DNA from: Ptychomitrium polyphyllum | Taxonomy: Eukaryota | Length of the DNA: 64,000 bases | Assembly: GCA_973851085.1 (NCBI GenBank) | Contig: OZ316776.1 | Location: 5,208,001-5,272,000 of the forward strand | Direction: 5' to 3' | Shown: in pieces, positions 27,480-41,100 of the stretch | Position numbering within the stretch: the first letter of the stretch is position 1 | Layout of the letters: the number at the start of each line of letters is the position of its first letter | The notes under the pieces: generated by a model | What the model was told of the DNA's origin: nothing | The model's database searches: none | What the model saw: the letters and a program-made list of their open reading frames with translations, nothing else | Position numbers and translations under genes: made by a program

Positions 27480-27960
27480 GGCCTGTCAAATGCAAGAACT
27501 TCTTTTCTAAGCTTGGTAGATACAAGTTTTAGTGTTGAAAATTCTCTTTTACGGGATGTCCAATTTATATGCGGGTTTTATTTTTTCAATCAAAAGAGTC
27601 TTATGATGATAGAATGAAGGTTGACCATCTATGGATTCTATATGGAGTGGCTGAGGTTTTCTTGCAAACCATTTGGCGTTGTGGTTGTATTTCTCATCCA
27701 ATATGTACGTAGAAGTTTTTTTGTGCAATTATCAACCTTGTGATCAGATTTTTCACAATACAAGCACAGCCTTTGCTGTCTTTGTTGCTTCTTTTCATAT
27801 ATGGTAAAGGATTTGAAGAAGACCGCATTAATCTTGGTGTCTTTGTTGCTTCTTTTCATATATGGTAAAGGGTTTGAAGAAGACTGCATTAATCTGCATG
27901 GCTTTTGCTCTTAAATACTTATTAGAGGTAGAAGGAGCCGAGGCTACTAAGAAGTTGGTA
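27480..27960 (-). mobile_element. Ty3/gypsy gag remnant with zinc knuckle
   Basis: Minus strand reads KPMQINA...EKKQQRQQRLCLYCEKSDHKVDNC, the PMxID plus CX2CX4HX4C pattern of chromoviral gag. It is disrupted by a 61-bp duplication. Confidence 0.75.
27777..27895. repeat. 61-bp tandem duplication inside the gag remnant
   Basis: tgtctttgttgcttcttttcatatatggtaaagg[a/g]tttgaagaagac[c/t]gcattaatct occurs at 27777 and 27838. Confidence 0.9.
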
Positions 27961-28599
27961 TATGCCTGCGGTGTAATCAAAGCTTGTTCATATTGCCTAC
28001 ATTAAAATAGATAATTATTGCACTTTAATGTTTAACTAATGGAGCATCAAGTATTTGGGAATTTGCATGGATAGTAACAAACTTTTAACCTCGTTACGTA
28101 CGCCCCATGTGAAGAATATTAAGTTTCCTCCTTCCATTTAAATAACTTCAAATTCCACACACAAGATTGATATACTATATTTGTTTAAATAATTGAATTG
28201 TGTTTGTTCAATGTCCAACTTAACAATTCTTTAAATTTATTTTTTTAAAGTTATTTATTCATTTGTCATCCATGGAAGACGTCCATCTACTCATATTCAT
28301 CTATAGGACAATCTACCAACCAAAAGCAACCATTCATCAAATTGAACTAATTTATCTAAGATATATCCAAAACATATAAAACTATAAAAGTATAAAAACT
28401 TAAGAACTGTCACCTTCCATGTCTTGGAAGCGACTCCTTTGCACTATTCTAACCGCCAGTGCCTTGGTTTTGATTGGATTCAAGCGTACTTAATATATAT
28501 AAAAGCGCAGTAACAAGACCTATTGACCTTAAAAAAATTAGGTCCTAGCTTTAAGTATCAAAGGAAAAATAAACAAAAAATCGAAGCTAAGATGTTTGA

Positions 28600-30202
28600 T
28601 TAAAATCAAGATTTATTTGGCATAACTTCGCTGGCAACGCCACTATCACATTCTTTGTTAATAATGTCTATTGCTATCATAGACTGCCAAACAATATTAT
28701 ATCAAATTGTAGTCCACAATTCGTATTAGGATTTTGGAAGTCACTCTTTAAGATTCTTAAGATAGACATCAAATTCTCTTCTACCTTCTATCCTTAGACC
28801 AATGGCTAAAATGAGCAAATCAACTAAATTTTGGAGCAATATCTAAAGTATGCCATCAACTATCAACAAGATGATTGGACTTTTTACTTAATATTGGCTG
28901 AGCTTCATACAACAATAGCGCTCACGCTTCCATCCAATGAACGCCATTCTACTCCAACTATGGGCCTTATCCAAAAATAAATATGTTACAGCTTCCACGA
29001 TCTGAGAATTCAATAGTAGAAGAATTTGCTGCAAAGATGGAAAAGCTTCAAACAACCATGAAGACTCATCTAGAAGAAATTCAAAAGCAATACAAAATGG
29101 CAGCAAATGCAACAAGAAAGGAACCTCCATTCCAAGTTGGTGAGAAAGTGTGGCTCCTTAGACGCAATATAAGGATCAAAAGGCCATGTAATAAGTTGGA
29201 TTATTATGGATTTGGACCATTTGCAAATTCAAAAATAAATCAACCATGTGGTATATTGTTTGGAACTACCAATATCAATGAAGGTACATTCAAACTTCCA
29301 TATTTTACTTTTAAAAGCTTGCAAGGACTCAACTATCTATGAACAAAGGCAACTTCCACCACTAGTGGTTGGAATCGACAATCATCATGATTTTGAAGTA
29401 GAAAGTGTACTTAATTCACAAATAAAAAGTGGAAAGTTTGAATATTTGGTCCATTGGTGTGGATATGACATCAATGAATGTACATGGGAGGCAGCTAACA
29501 ATCTTGCCAATTCACTTGTAAAAGTTTGTAAGTTCCATCAATAGCATCCATCCAAACCAAAAATAACAGCACGAGGAATAATAGCTTAATAATATTGCAT
29601 AATCTTGAAGATTCTTGATACTTTTGTTTTTAAATAAAAAACGAAGCAATTCCTAAATTATAAGTTTTCAAAGCCCCATATATGATTTAAAATTTAGGCC
29701 TTTGTATTTTGAGAATAATTTAGTATATTAAAAATAAACAGCCAAGATGCAGATGGTGTCAAATCAACCATGTGTTTTGTGTTAATTTGTGCAACATGCT
29801 CCTTGAAAACCTCAAATTTAAAAAAGAAGGTGATGTCATATACATACATATTAGAAGCATCAAAAAAGATTCTTAGAATGTTTAAGAATGCTATAGAAGC
29901 TTCCAAAGAAGTTACCTCGACTTAAAAAGCTTCCAAAAAATAAACTTGAGGTTACTTGAGTACAAAGCAATGTTATAGAAGCTTCTCAAGAAGCTTCTAA
30001 AGCTTGAAGTCCTAATATATATAGGAATCAAGGCTAATGGTATCTTCAATCTCAACAACACATCTCTTATAATCTAGCTCAGACCTTCTGGCCTTATCTT
30101 TGTACCTTGTTATAGCTCTTTCTTTCTAACATACCTTGGACGTACCTTGTTCCATATCTTGGAGTCCTAAGGTCTTGCCTTCTTGTTACTATGTCCGTAA
30201 CA
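28600..30202 (+). mobile_element. 3' half of a chromovirus (Ty3/gypsy): integrase, chromodomain, PPT and 3' LTR
   Basis: Degenerate integrase (STFYP*TNG...EQYLKYAINYQQDDW; FQVGEKVWLLRRNI...RPCNKLDY..GPF; YCLELP..MKVHSNFHILLLK) and chromodomain (FEVESVLNS...EYLVHWCGY...TWE). A purine tract aaaaaagaagg (~29820-29830) precedes an LTR TGTCA...TAACA at 29834-30202. Confidence 0.9.
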
Positions 30203-30683
30203 GCCAATACCTTTTGAGCCAACTCATTTTTTTCAAATTTCAACATCAAAGGATCTAAGCCAAGATATGATAGAGGCACTCCCACATTGAATGCGAGTAC
30301 ATGCAGATAAATTGGCCAGTTGCCTTTCACACTCTAGTCTTGATTTAGATGCTTGAGCTTCAATCATCTTGTTAGAAGTTGGAAGAGTCACTCTTGAAGG
30401 ACTAGAGATCTTGTATGGAGGATGTTTTGAAGGATTTAATCAAGATCAAATTTTGGACTAGGATGTATCAACAATATGAGTCTTGGCTAGTGGTTACAAT
30501 TGATTTTTTACAATGATTAATTGAGAATAATAAGCTAAATATCTTTTTTAGCGATGACTAGTTGAAAACAATGAACTAAATATGTAGCAGCTCTTTTTTG
30601 ACAAATTTTGAAATATGTGGAGATGTGACGAGCAAGATTCAAGACGAGTTCCTAGTGTAATTTGTTGCTAAAGAAAGTGGTGA

Positions 30684-31046
30684 AGTTATGGACATAGATC
30701 ATGCAATATAGTCCTTAAAAGCTTTTGGTATATTATAGTATCTTCTTAAAAGAAGTCCAATGCTTTTATAGCCATTGGAAATTTCTTAGGAAGATTCTAT
30801 CACTTTGAAAAAATTCCTTGGAAGGTTCCATTGACTTTTAGAATATTTTCAAGCTTCAAAAGAAGCTTCTTTAGTATAGATAGGAGGCTAGAAAAGGTCT
30901 ATTTAGTTGCCAATACAAGTTGTAGATCATATTATATTGTGTCCTTATTCTAATCTTTATATTAAATTTTATTAATCATTAGTTCTTTAAAGATTTATTC
31001 TTTGGAATTACTTTGTGTTTTCTTCTTGTTTTTTTTGTCCATAACA
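30684..31046 (+). mobile_element. LTR related to family B, preceded by a purine tract
   Basis: (a)gttatggaca...tgtccataaca terminal inverted repeat, internal agaagcttct and tatagatagga, and aaagaaagtggtga immediately upstream. Confidence 0.55.
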
Positions 31047-31150
31047 CAAGGTTGCAAATTTTCTTTGCGTAGAGATAGTAGCAAGTAGCAAGATGTATTC
31101 AATAAATTTGAGTAAGACAAACCTATTCAAAAGACTACATGGTCGCCAAA

Positions 31151-32000
31151 TGTTAAGGTTTGTAACCACCAAATAGAATAGTATTGGTAGCTCAAAATTT
31201 TATAAGGAAGAGAAGTAAAATAATCCTTATTTCACTAAGTTCTTGGAGAAACATACTTCAACATTCTTGAAATAAAATTTCATTAATCATATAAGATACA
31301 CCACACTTCAACCAAAAGAACTTAGGATTTAGATATTATTTATTAGATCCTATACGTTTAGATATACATCCATTTTCTGAACTAATAGGCTAATAATTAT
31401 CATCCAATAGTTATTATTGGAAGATATCCAATAATATGAATAAGAGGAGATTGATAGTGTGAATAGAAGAAATTTGATAATATCGGACAAAAGACCAGAT
31501 AGTCCGATATTACATACTATTCCAAAAGTAGTGGCCAGGACAAATCTAGCTATAAAGTTATCATTGGTATATTGTAGAATCTTGTAATTGATTGTCACAG
31601 CGACTAGAATATCTACCTTTCTATAGCCATGTTCACCTACTATATTGCCTACAAAACGGCTACCAATCATTTTCCATTCCAACTTGCTTTTTCTTGTGCC
31701 TATCAAATATCTCGTTCCAAAAAACGGCACCACCAAAAGTCATATTTTGACCACTGCCGCTTTCAAGCTGCTCAAATTATCAAAATCAACATTCACGCCT
31801 AAGATCAATAAAGCATCTTGCAATGGAATCAAGGCTATAAATAAGAATATTACCTTTAACCTCAATGATTATGTCATTTGATATCTCCTCAATGATTATA
31901 TCCTTTAATATCCAAAATCTATAGCGGTAAATTGAAAAACAAATGGTATGGCCCCAATTACCTATAATATCCGCTACCAAATAGTATTATACTATTAATA
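31151..32000 (-). mobile_element. Family A LTR (31151-31514) with adjacent PBS-like sequence and integrase-tail remnant
   Basis: Starts tgttaaggtttgtaaccacc and is similar to 26112-26507 (attaatcatataagatacac.acac.ttcaaccaa). On the minus strand it is followed by tttggcgacc (PBS-like, 31141-31150). A GPY-like motif (ggggccatacca) lies at ~31944-31955. Confidence 0.6.
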
Positions 32001-32512
32001 GTTATAGATCACCTTATTATAGCTATAGATGTTGATTTTATTATTGTTAGTGTTAATAAATTCAAATCCTAATGTTACATTGATGAAACTTATATTAGCT
32101 AATGAGTAGCTTATGATCCATCTAAATCCATTCTTTAAAACATTTGAAGCAAATTCATTTGAACAATATTATTGAAATGGTATAACTTAAATTGAGCTTT
32201 TTGTAAATCTTTTTTATAGATTCAAAAATAATCTTGTTTTTTGAAAGTTGAATGGTGTGAGCATAATAAAATCTCCAGCTAATTGGAAGGTATATTAGTT
32301 CATACAATATTTTCTTAGATTTGCAAAAATCATTCAAGTTTGCATTTTGTAGTCCAATATATTTTTTTATCCTAATTCTTTAGTAGCTGAATTCCATCAC
32401 TTATATTAAAAAAATTCCATACTAAGTTTTTACTAAATTCCATTATTTATATAAAAATTGTTCTATACTAGGTTCCTATAGTGTAGTCATTGGAAAGCTA
32501 ATAGCAGACTAA

Positions 32513-32568
32513 AATCTATACTACTAATCAACATTCACCCAATCTATACTACTGATCAACATTCATCC
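32513..32568. repeat. 28-bp tandem duplication
   Basis: aatctatactact[a/g]atcaacattca[c/t]cc occurs twice. Confidence 0.85.
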
Positions 32569-32914
32569 ATGGTTTATTGGATCTTCCAAATTCAACTTCT
32601 TTCAAAAATGCTAATTTTCTAAATTCCATAACTAATTCATAACAATTCTAAATTGAGTGTTCTAAATGGCATTAAAAAGCTAATAATAAGGTCTAATAAT
32701 AAATGAAATGAATGACTGGATCCAAGCTCAAGAACTGATCAGGGCACTTACTGGATTAGTGATTTTGCTACATGATTGTGGCTTATTGGATCAGTGGTTT
32801 TGCCACTTAAACCCTAAGTACATGCCTCCAAACCCTTGATCAGCAACTTTAACTTCAAAATCTTCTAAATTTTTTTAATAAACAAACTCTATTTCTATTT
32901 ATGAAAAAAAATTG

Positions 32915-32945
32915 AAATAAATAAATAAATAAATAAATAAATAAA
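32915..32945. repeat. (AAAT)n microsatellite
   Basis: About 7 AAAT units. Confidence 0.9.
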
Positions 32946-34880
32946 AACTAAGCAAAAAATGAGAGAGGAATGAGAATATTTAATAAAAGATTATGAAAAA
33001 GAGTCCCTTTTATCTTGTTCCTCCCTTCAACTTGTACCAACTGTTATGGAACTTCTTGACAGGCCCCACTATGCCATAATGCTGCATCAACTTGCTCTAC
33101 CAACCTTAGCTACAATTTCAAGGCCATATTATCTAGATTTAATTAACTAACACTTTATTATTACCTAATCTAACTTCAAACTCCTAATTTAGTACTTATT
33201 GGAGCTTGTTTCTTGTTTTTTTTAATATCAAGCCATATCCCTATTTTACTAATGGGAAATTTTTCTACCTTTACCTAATTTAAATTCCAATTTAATTTAA
33301 AATTGTTAATTAATTTAGATTGGAGAAATTGTCCCTCTTTTTCTAATTCAGCCATTTCTTTGTTTTTGATGGATGAGAACTTCTAATAACTATCCAATTT
33401 ACATACTAAATTCCTTAAAAGCTAACTATTTTGAAAATGAAGCCTCTTGTCCTTATTTAGGCCTAATTCCAACTAATGACATTATTTTTCATCAATTTAA
33501 AGCAAAAACAACAAAATGAATTCATTCTATAGCTCACAAATGGATTTTTATATATCTAAATTTATGTATAAATTCACCAACTTTTATTCCAAAAAAATTC
33601 TTTTAATGAGTTGAAGTTATTAAAAAAACTTAAAATTCAACATCTAAAATGAACTTTTTTTTGGCATACTAATTTCTAAAAATATAATATCTTTAGAATT
33701 TATAATTGAAATGTGCACAATCTTTGCAGTCTTAATATTGATATTTAAGGAATAGAGTAATTAATTATATATATATATAATCAGCAATGAAATTTCATTC
33801 AAATTATTTTATAAAGAAATATTCTACATTTTTCTTAGAGAGTAAAACTCAAATTTAAGCTTATTAAATGATATAAAGTTCTTAAGCATTTAGAAATCAA
33901 CTTTGAAATAATAAATTTTGTGATTTTTTAACTTGCATTTTTTTACAATTGATCAAAATTTTACAATGCATATATACTAATCTTTTTAAAGTATTTTAAA
34001 ATTTTAATAGCCATGCATTACTATTATTACAGATCATATCTTATTTAGACGTCAAAAGGTTTAGAAATTATTGAAAAAGATATTAAACATAAGCAAGTTA
34101 TTTAAATATATCCAAGTAAAAATCTACTTAATTTTGATATGCACAAATTTTATAAAGAATATAGCCTTGTAAGAAAAATATCATGAGGTATTTGATATAT
34201 TGTTTTTATTAGAAATTTATTATTCAAAACTCATTACAAATGTTAGATATATGAGGTATTGCAAAACTCTAATTGAATTGGTTTTTTTTCCATGAATTTT
34301 TAAGGAATGCATTATATAAATAGGCACATTTAAATATTTATATGTAAAACTAATTTTTTTGTATTTCAAATTAGTTCCATTTAATTTTATTTGAAGATTG
34401 ATTCAATCCATTGATACAAATATAATTAAAATTAATAAAGTTGAGATGCAATTTCTTGGGAGTGATTTTAAATATTGAATTAAGTCAATCTAATTAAGTC
34501 ATTCTAGAAATTCAATGGTATTTAGCTAAAAGAAGTTATAATGTCATAATTGATTTTAGGCTAACATAAGGTATAATGTACATATGATGTAAAATTTATT
34601 TTTGTTATTGGAACGTCTTTGTCAATTTAAAAGCTACATCAAAATAAAAGACATCATTCAAGTAATAACAAAAATGTCATCAAAATGATACAATAAGTTC
34701 AACATCAAAATAATAGAGGTGATATCATTATGATCAGAAAATGACTTGCCTCATGTCTATAGATGACTGCAATAACATATAAATTTATTTGTTACATGTG
34801 TTTTATTCCTAAGGTTTAAGATTTGTTTTTTCAAAGTTTAAAAACTTACATCAAGCTTTGGTACAGATAGCCTCCTTCAG

Positions 34881-35138
34881 TAGTTGGAAGACACCTTTGA
34901 AAAATCAACAATTAATTATAAAACATGCATATGTGGCAAGGAGTGACTGAAGGTAATGGTTTGGCTGCATACACTCCCTTCAATTGAAGATTCTTACTAT
35001 GGAATGAAATAGTTGGAAGACACCTTTGAAAGATCAACAATTAATTATAAAACATGCATATGTGGCAAGGAGTGACTGAAGGTAATGGTTTGGCTGCATA
35101 CACTCCCTTCAATTGAAGATTCTTACTATGGAATGAAA
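34881..35138. repeat. 129-bp tandem duplication, near perfect
   Basis: Copies at 34881-35009 and 35010-35138 differ at one position that I can see (aaaaatc vs aaagatc). Confidence 0.95.
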
Positions 35139-38100
35139 GAGATGCTCAAAAACTCTTTGAACAATGCTATCAACCTTTGCTTTTGCATGAAATTATCAAA
35201 TAACAAATACTTAGTAAGTGTGTCATTCTTGTTTAATTGAACTTGGCACTCAATCTATCATTCAACATTCTATAGTCTTCCGTATACAGTGGGACCTGAC
35301 AATGAGTATCATGGTAGTGAGCACAAGAAATTGGAATATATTTTACTTGATTTTACTGACATGTTCACACTCCCTTGCATTGCACAGGCTCCATAGCCCA
35401 CGACTATGTTGTACTAACATTTATCAACAAAGTTCAAGTTGTACTTCAGCAACCATCCATAACCAGAGTCCATATAGAATGTGGGTCCTTCTACTGAACA
35501 AACCAGGCATCTGCCATTGATTCCAATATATCTGCTGGTGATTCTGCTTCAAGTTTTCCAGGAGTGCATCCAACAAGTTATCATTGAAACTGTCAAAGTC
35601 TGCTGATGTTGCTAAACTAGACCTTCTAAGTTTGCACGTTAGATTTACTTGGAAGTTTAAATTTGGCCATACTCCAGTGAACCTGATATAGTCCACCCTT
35701 GCTAACTCTTAGTTGTCAGAAGTAGAATAATTGTAACAAGTATGGCATATTAATACAATGACAACTAGAGAATAAAAGTAATTCAAATAGTAACACTCAC
35801 AAATAAAACATTATTTATGAAATGATAACACTAATAAAATACAGTAGATTTGCATCTTCTCTATTTCATAGATTTTGATGCTATTAACATTTATAAAGTA
35901 CAATTTAACAAAGTGGGGATAAATTTTTTGTAACACTTCAAAACATAATACTTTACAGTGTATGTTTTGCAGGAGTATAAAAATGCAGCACTAACAATAA
36001 AATAACACCTTAAAGGTCACAGTTAGAGAGAGTGGACTGTAGAATCCTTGTCTGCTATATACATATGCCTTTTGTGTGCACTAATGGAACCTTGAAGGAT
36101 GAGCAGAACACAGTCCCTATCCCACATGAAAACAAGCATACTCTTCACCTTGTGAGAATGCCATAAGTGTCATGTACTGAACAAGTACTATCATGTATGA
36201 TACTTTAAAACTCTGCTCCTCTACATGTTGCAAGAGTACAGTCTCTGGAGTTTGGGTGCCTGCTGTTGTGGTGTGCCTACTGCATACAGGCAGAGCTGTT
36301 AATAAATACAAAAGAGCTATTTCAGGTACCAAAGGCCACTAGCGCCAGTATACTGTAGTTACATAGGTTTGTCATTTCCTTGACAAAAGATTTAATACTG
36401 TGTGATAATTTTATGTCAAAACAAATATCCTCCAAAAATCCATTTCTTCATTCGTAATTTTTTTGAGTACTTACCATCAATTCATAGAGAATCAAACTTA
36501 ATTGGTTGTTATTAAAAATTGAAAGAAGACTTCACCACAACATAGTATATGTAGTTTCTATATAGTATGAAAAATGATGATTTTTAAATTTTTGTTTGTA
36601 CACTTAGGATTCATAACAAGAATCAAGTTTGATTTTGATTTTGTTGTACAAATGATGTACATTTTAATAATTAGTATGCACTTATTTCTCAACATTGGTA
36701 GGAATAAGAATTAAAGATACATTACAATTGGATATACACACTTTTTGGAAATTTGATTGTTTTGTGTAAAAACTAGAATAAAATAGCATTATTCTAATGA
36801 ATGTTTGTAAAAGTGTAAATAACCATACAATGCTAATAGATTTCAATGTAAAATGCATTTTATAAGAAAAGATGTGAATCAAAATTTGATTAAACCTTAG
36901 AAAGGTACATATTTGAAATGATTTAGAAGGATTGTGATTCAAACATACAAAAGTTAATAATTGCTCTTGATTGTTTTTTACATTGACTTATGATAAATTT
37001 TCATCCAAAAAGGGAATGATTACAGATATTAGTTTGTCTTCCAATTCATCATTTTTTAATCTGGAACTTGACTCCAGTTTTGTGCTGAGTTTCCACTTCG
37101 AGACACACATTTAGAATAACTTCCTGGCTTACTTGACATTTAAGAAACGAGAAAAGAAGAACCAAAAAAAGGGAAAATATAAAGTAAAGAATTGAAACTT
37201 ACATTTAGTTGTCATTGTGTATACAGGACTTGTAGATCTGTATTTGTGTCCTATCTGTGCTTATATTTGCACAAATGAAAACTTCATCACAATGTCAGTG
37301 ATATTGAATACTTGTTAAATAATAATATATTAAGTACATATTGAGACAATTACGTGTCAGTAATCAAATTCTCTCGAAAAAAAATATTCAACAGCGTTAT
37401 TTCAATAACAATATTAAGATGTAATCTAACAGCTTATGATCTAGTGGCAGTTTTACTGACGAACAATTTTTAGTTCAAACTTAAATTTTTATTTTTTTAT
37501 TCTAAAACGAATTAGGAGAAATCTATTTAAAGTTCTGTAGCCAAATTTGTTGGAGCATTTGTTCCGAGCTTCATTTAAACAAAAGGAGTGGATTGTTTAT
37601 TCTTTCTTGCAATAAAGGCATCTTTCATTTGTGGCAAGAAGGTACCCAAGATTAAAATTAGAAAGAAGAAAGAAAGAACCTCAGAAGATATTGAGAATAA
37701 GGACAGACATAATAATAATGTTTTAATAAAAATCAGAAACTCAGGACACAGTGAACTCAAAGATTCTTATCGTGTTTGTATGTAGTAATGCTAATTAAGA
37801 TTGTGTACTAGCGTGTAGGTACACCTGTGCTCTATATCTTGTAAATCATTCCTTTTCTTTCCAAAAATTACATTACATTGTATCACATGTATGACACCAG
37901 ACTTTGTATGTATTTTTAATAAGTCCACGACTTAATATAAGTAAGATGGTGAATGGTTAAAGAGGCAGCCTATATTGCACAGTTCATTAGTGTAATTATT
38001 GAAATTTCATGTTATGTCTTTTTCTTTTTCTTCTTTTTTTGTATTTTATTACAAGAGTTTGATCATAGTTTCTGTTTGAATTTGTACATAATTTTGAATC

Positions 38101-41100
38101 TCCTCCATTTAACTTCAAAACCAAGCCATTTGAAATCTAATATTGATTTCAGTTTCAATATGTTATTTGAGTATATCATCAATTCATTTGATTTTTCTTT
38201 TGTGTATATATGATACATGATTTTAACATGTTGAATTATGCAAATCATATGGAAGCACAAATTTTTAAAAGAATAACATCAATCCTTTGAAAGATTAGCA
38301 AGAATGAAGAAAATGTAAGAAAATCTACAATGGTGATACTACAAAACTTCTATAGAATCATATGCTACAAATTTTTGTGGTTTTTTTATATTGACACAAA
38401 GATTACTAAATGACTTTGGCTTCAATATCTTATATTGTTAAATTCCTAAAATTTCAAGAAAATTATGAAAAATCACATATGTGTATTTAATGTATTTAGT
38501 CTAAAAATAATTCAAAATATTGGAACTTTATAGAATGTATAGTGTTCCTTTGAACTACAATATTATCAAATTTTATATAAGGACTTCAAAGTCTCATTTT
38601 AATAATGGCAATTTGTATGACATGTGGCTATTTTTAAAAGTCACCATATGCATATCTACAAATATGTTTTTTTTTTAAACTATAAATATTAATATTAACA
38701 AAGATGCAATACTTAAAACTAGAAGATGATGGAGTTAGTTTTATAATCTCTTTGACAATCTATATGTATATTATTGATTATAAAATGCAACAAAATTAGA
38801 TTGTATATATATTAGGAGCACATATCTTAAGTATTTCGATTCTAAATAAAAAAGTGAAGATATACCATGGAAAGAAAATATGGAGCTAAAAAATCTTTTC
38901 TAACATTATAAATAGATTGTTTTTATTTAAACAAAATTGAATGCCTGTGGCACTAAACACATGATAGCATAAGTTTAATTTGATGACTTGATGGACAGAT
39001 TCCTTCAATATTTATCAAAATTAGATTGTAACAACCGAATTGTATTTTTGGTGATAAAGTTCATTTGAAGAATGGTCACAGAAAAATGTTGTGTGCTCAG
39101 GTAACTCACTATTTAGTAGACACTTCATATAAATTTCAGTTGTTCGCTTTTCTTGGGTTATTACAGACCACAAGATCCACTTTTAATAATGCAGATTGTG
39201 GTGCAGTAAGAGATAGTATTATGTATGAACACACTTGACAAATAACTTGTGGGCCAGGGCCCAAGCCAAACGCTTTGTAGGTGGTGAATATTTTGGCATA
39301 CTATCTCATTTAATGCAGACATATACAGCTAAATAAAGAAAGATAGAAAGGAGGTTGAAGAACAGCCTTTATGGCACTTTTATGGGAGAAAATTAGTCAT
39401 TTCTGGCATGTCCACAAAGGTCAAGTCCATTTTACTGAATTTGTACACTATGTGGAATTATGATGATTGTGAAATTGATGGAGAACTGTGCTCGCTAAAC
39501 ACACCCTAAATTGAACAGCCTCATTATGTAAAAGCGGTGACAAACTAAGCTAAAGTGAATATAATATCCTTTTCTATAATTAGGTTGAACATAAGTGCGA
39601 GAGCTACTTCAAGGGTTTGAAAAGTTTAATGGAAACCAGCCTCGGATGCTTTGGGCTCTTTTGTCCCTACACTATATTGCAACCCTCTGCTCGCACTGGA
39701 ATATTTCCACAACTAAGTCATTAACAATGATTAAGACAGTACTTTTATATATATATATATATATATTTGGTCGTTCAATTGAATTTGTATATTCCTACAT
39801 ATGAAGTAACATATGAAGGTGTTAAAAAAGTATAAAAGGTTGTTTTATAAAATTTGAAGTAATTCAAATTGTTAATAATATTAGAAAACATCCATAGTAC
39901 ATTTTATGTATATTTTTGAAATATTTGTGATGACTCTATTGGAGCATCCCAATTACTTACACTCTAGTCTATAATATTTTATTTCTTAAAACAAAAAATT
40001 TAGGCACTAGAAACAAACCAAAATCATATCTTTGGCCACATGTTGTTAACTGAAAGTTTTGATTAAACCTCTATATTCGTCTTGTATTGTAGGAACTACA
40101 AAATTAATAATCCAAACAATAAATAATAGATGGAGATTTTTTTTATTGGAAGCAAGAGAATATTAAGAGAATTATTTGTAATTCATATATACTGGATCGT
40201 TGGCACTCAATGATTATAGACTATTGAAAATAACTATTTTCTTTTTAAGAATTATTTCTTGATAATAGATGGATTTGTTACTTTTACTGTATGGTATCAT
40301 ATATATGAATACAACTCCATGTGTTGCACTTCAAGATACCAAACATTTACTTTTATATTTTCATGTGTAGTTTGTGTTATTGATAATTGTTGAATTTCAA
40401 AGAATTCATTCTTATTATAGTTCCATTTGATCCCTAAAAGAATCTCAAAATCGAGTTCTTAACAGTTTCAAGTATCTTCCTATAATCTTAAAGTACAGAT
40501 GATTTTTTAACATTTTTTTTTTAATAGAACTGGAGATTTTCGTTTTAAAATTATAGGATAGCATTGCAGGGTGCAGAGCCGAAGGACTAGAGTTAACTTG
40601 GGCAAGGAACTAAGAGGACGAATTGGGGTTTGGATAGTTGGGTAGAGGCAAGAGGTGAATGCATTGTAAAATGGCGATGTCAATTGGGACTTGGGAGAGA
40701 GGCGAAATGCGATTGAGGTTGCCGAGAAGACGTGGTCTAAACTAAGACATTGTTTGAGCTTGGAGACTAGCAGAAGTTCTGTTTGGGCTAGAAAATCCCA
40801 GGTGGACGAGCGAAAGGATTGAATTGGAAGCGGATGGTCAGGCTCAAGGTTTTGGAGACTTTGTCGTTTCGAAGACAGTTGGGGGTGGTTCATAATCCTT
40901 GGACCAGCAGCTCCTCCACAATTGGTTGCCCTCCACAATTTTTTACATATTTGTTAATAAAAAAATAAAATATTGCAAGTTTTTTTTATTAGAGAGCTCA
41001 AACTTCTATTTTTATAATTCCCTCTTTCAAGGTGAAAATACAAACTTTGTATTCACTGGCCAGATTGAAAACTTATAAAAACTCAACCAACTTTTGAGAA

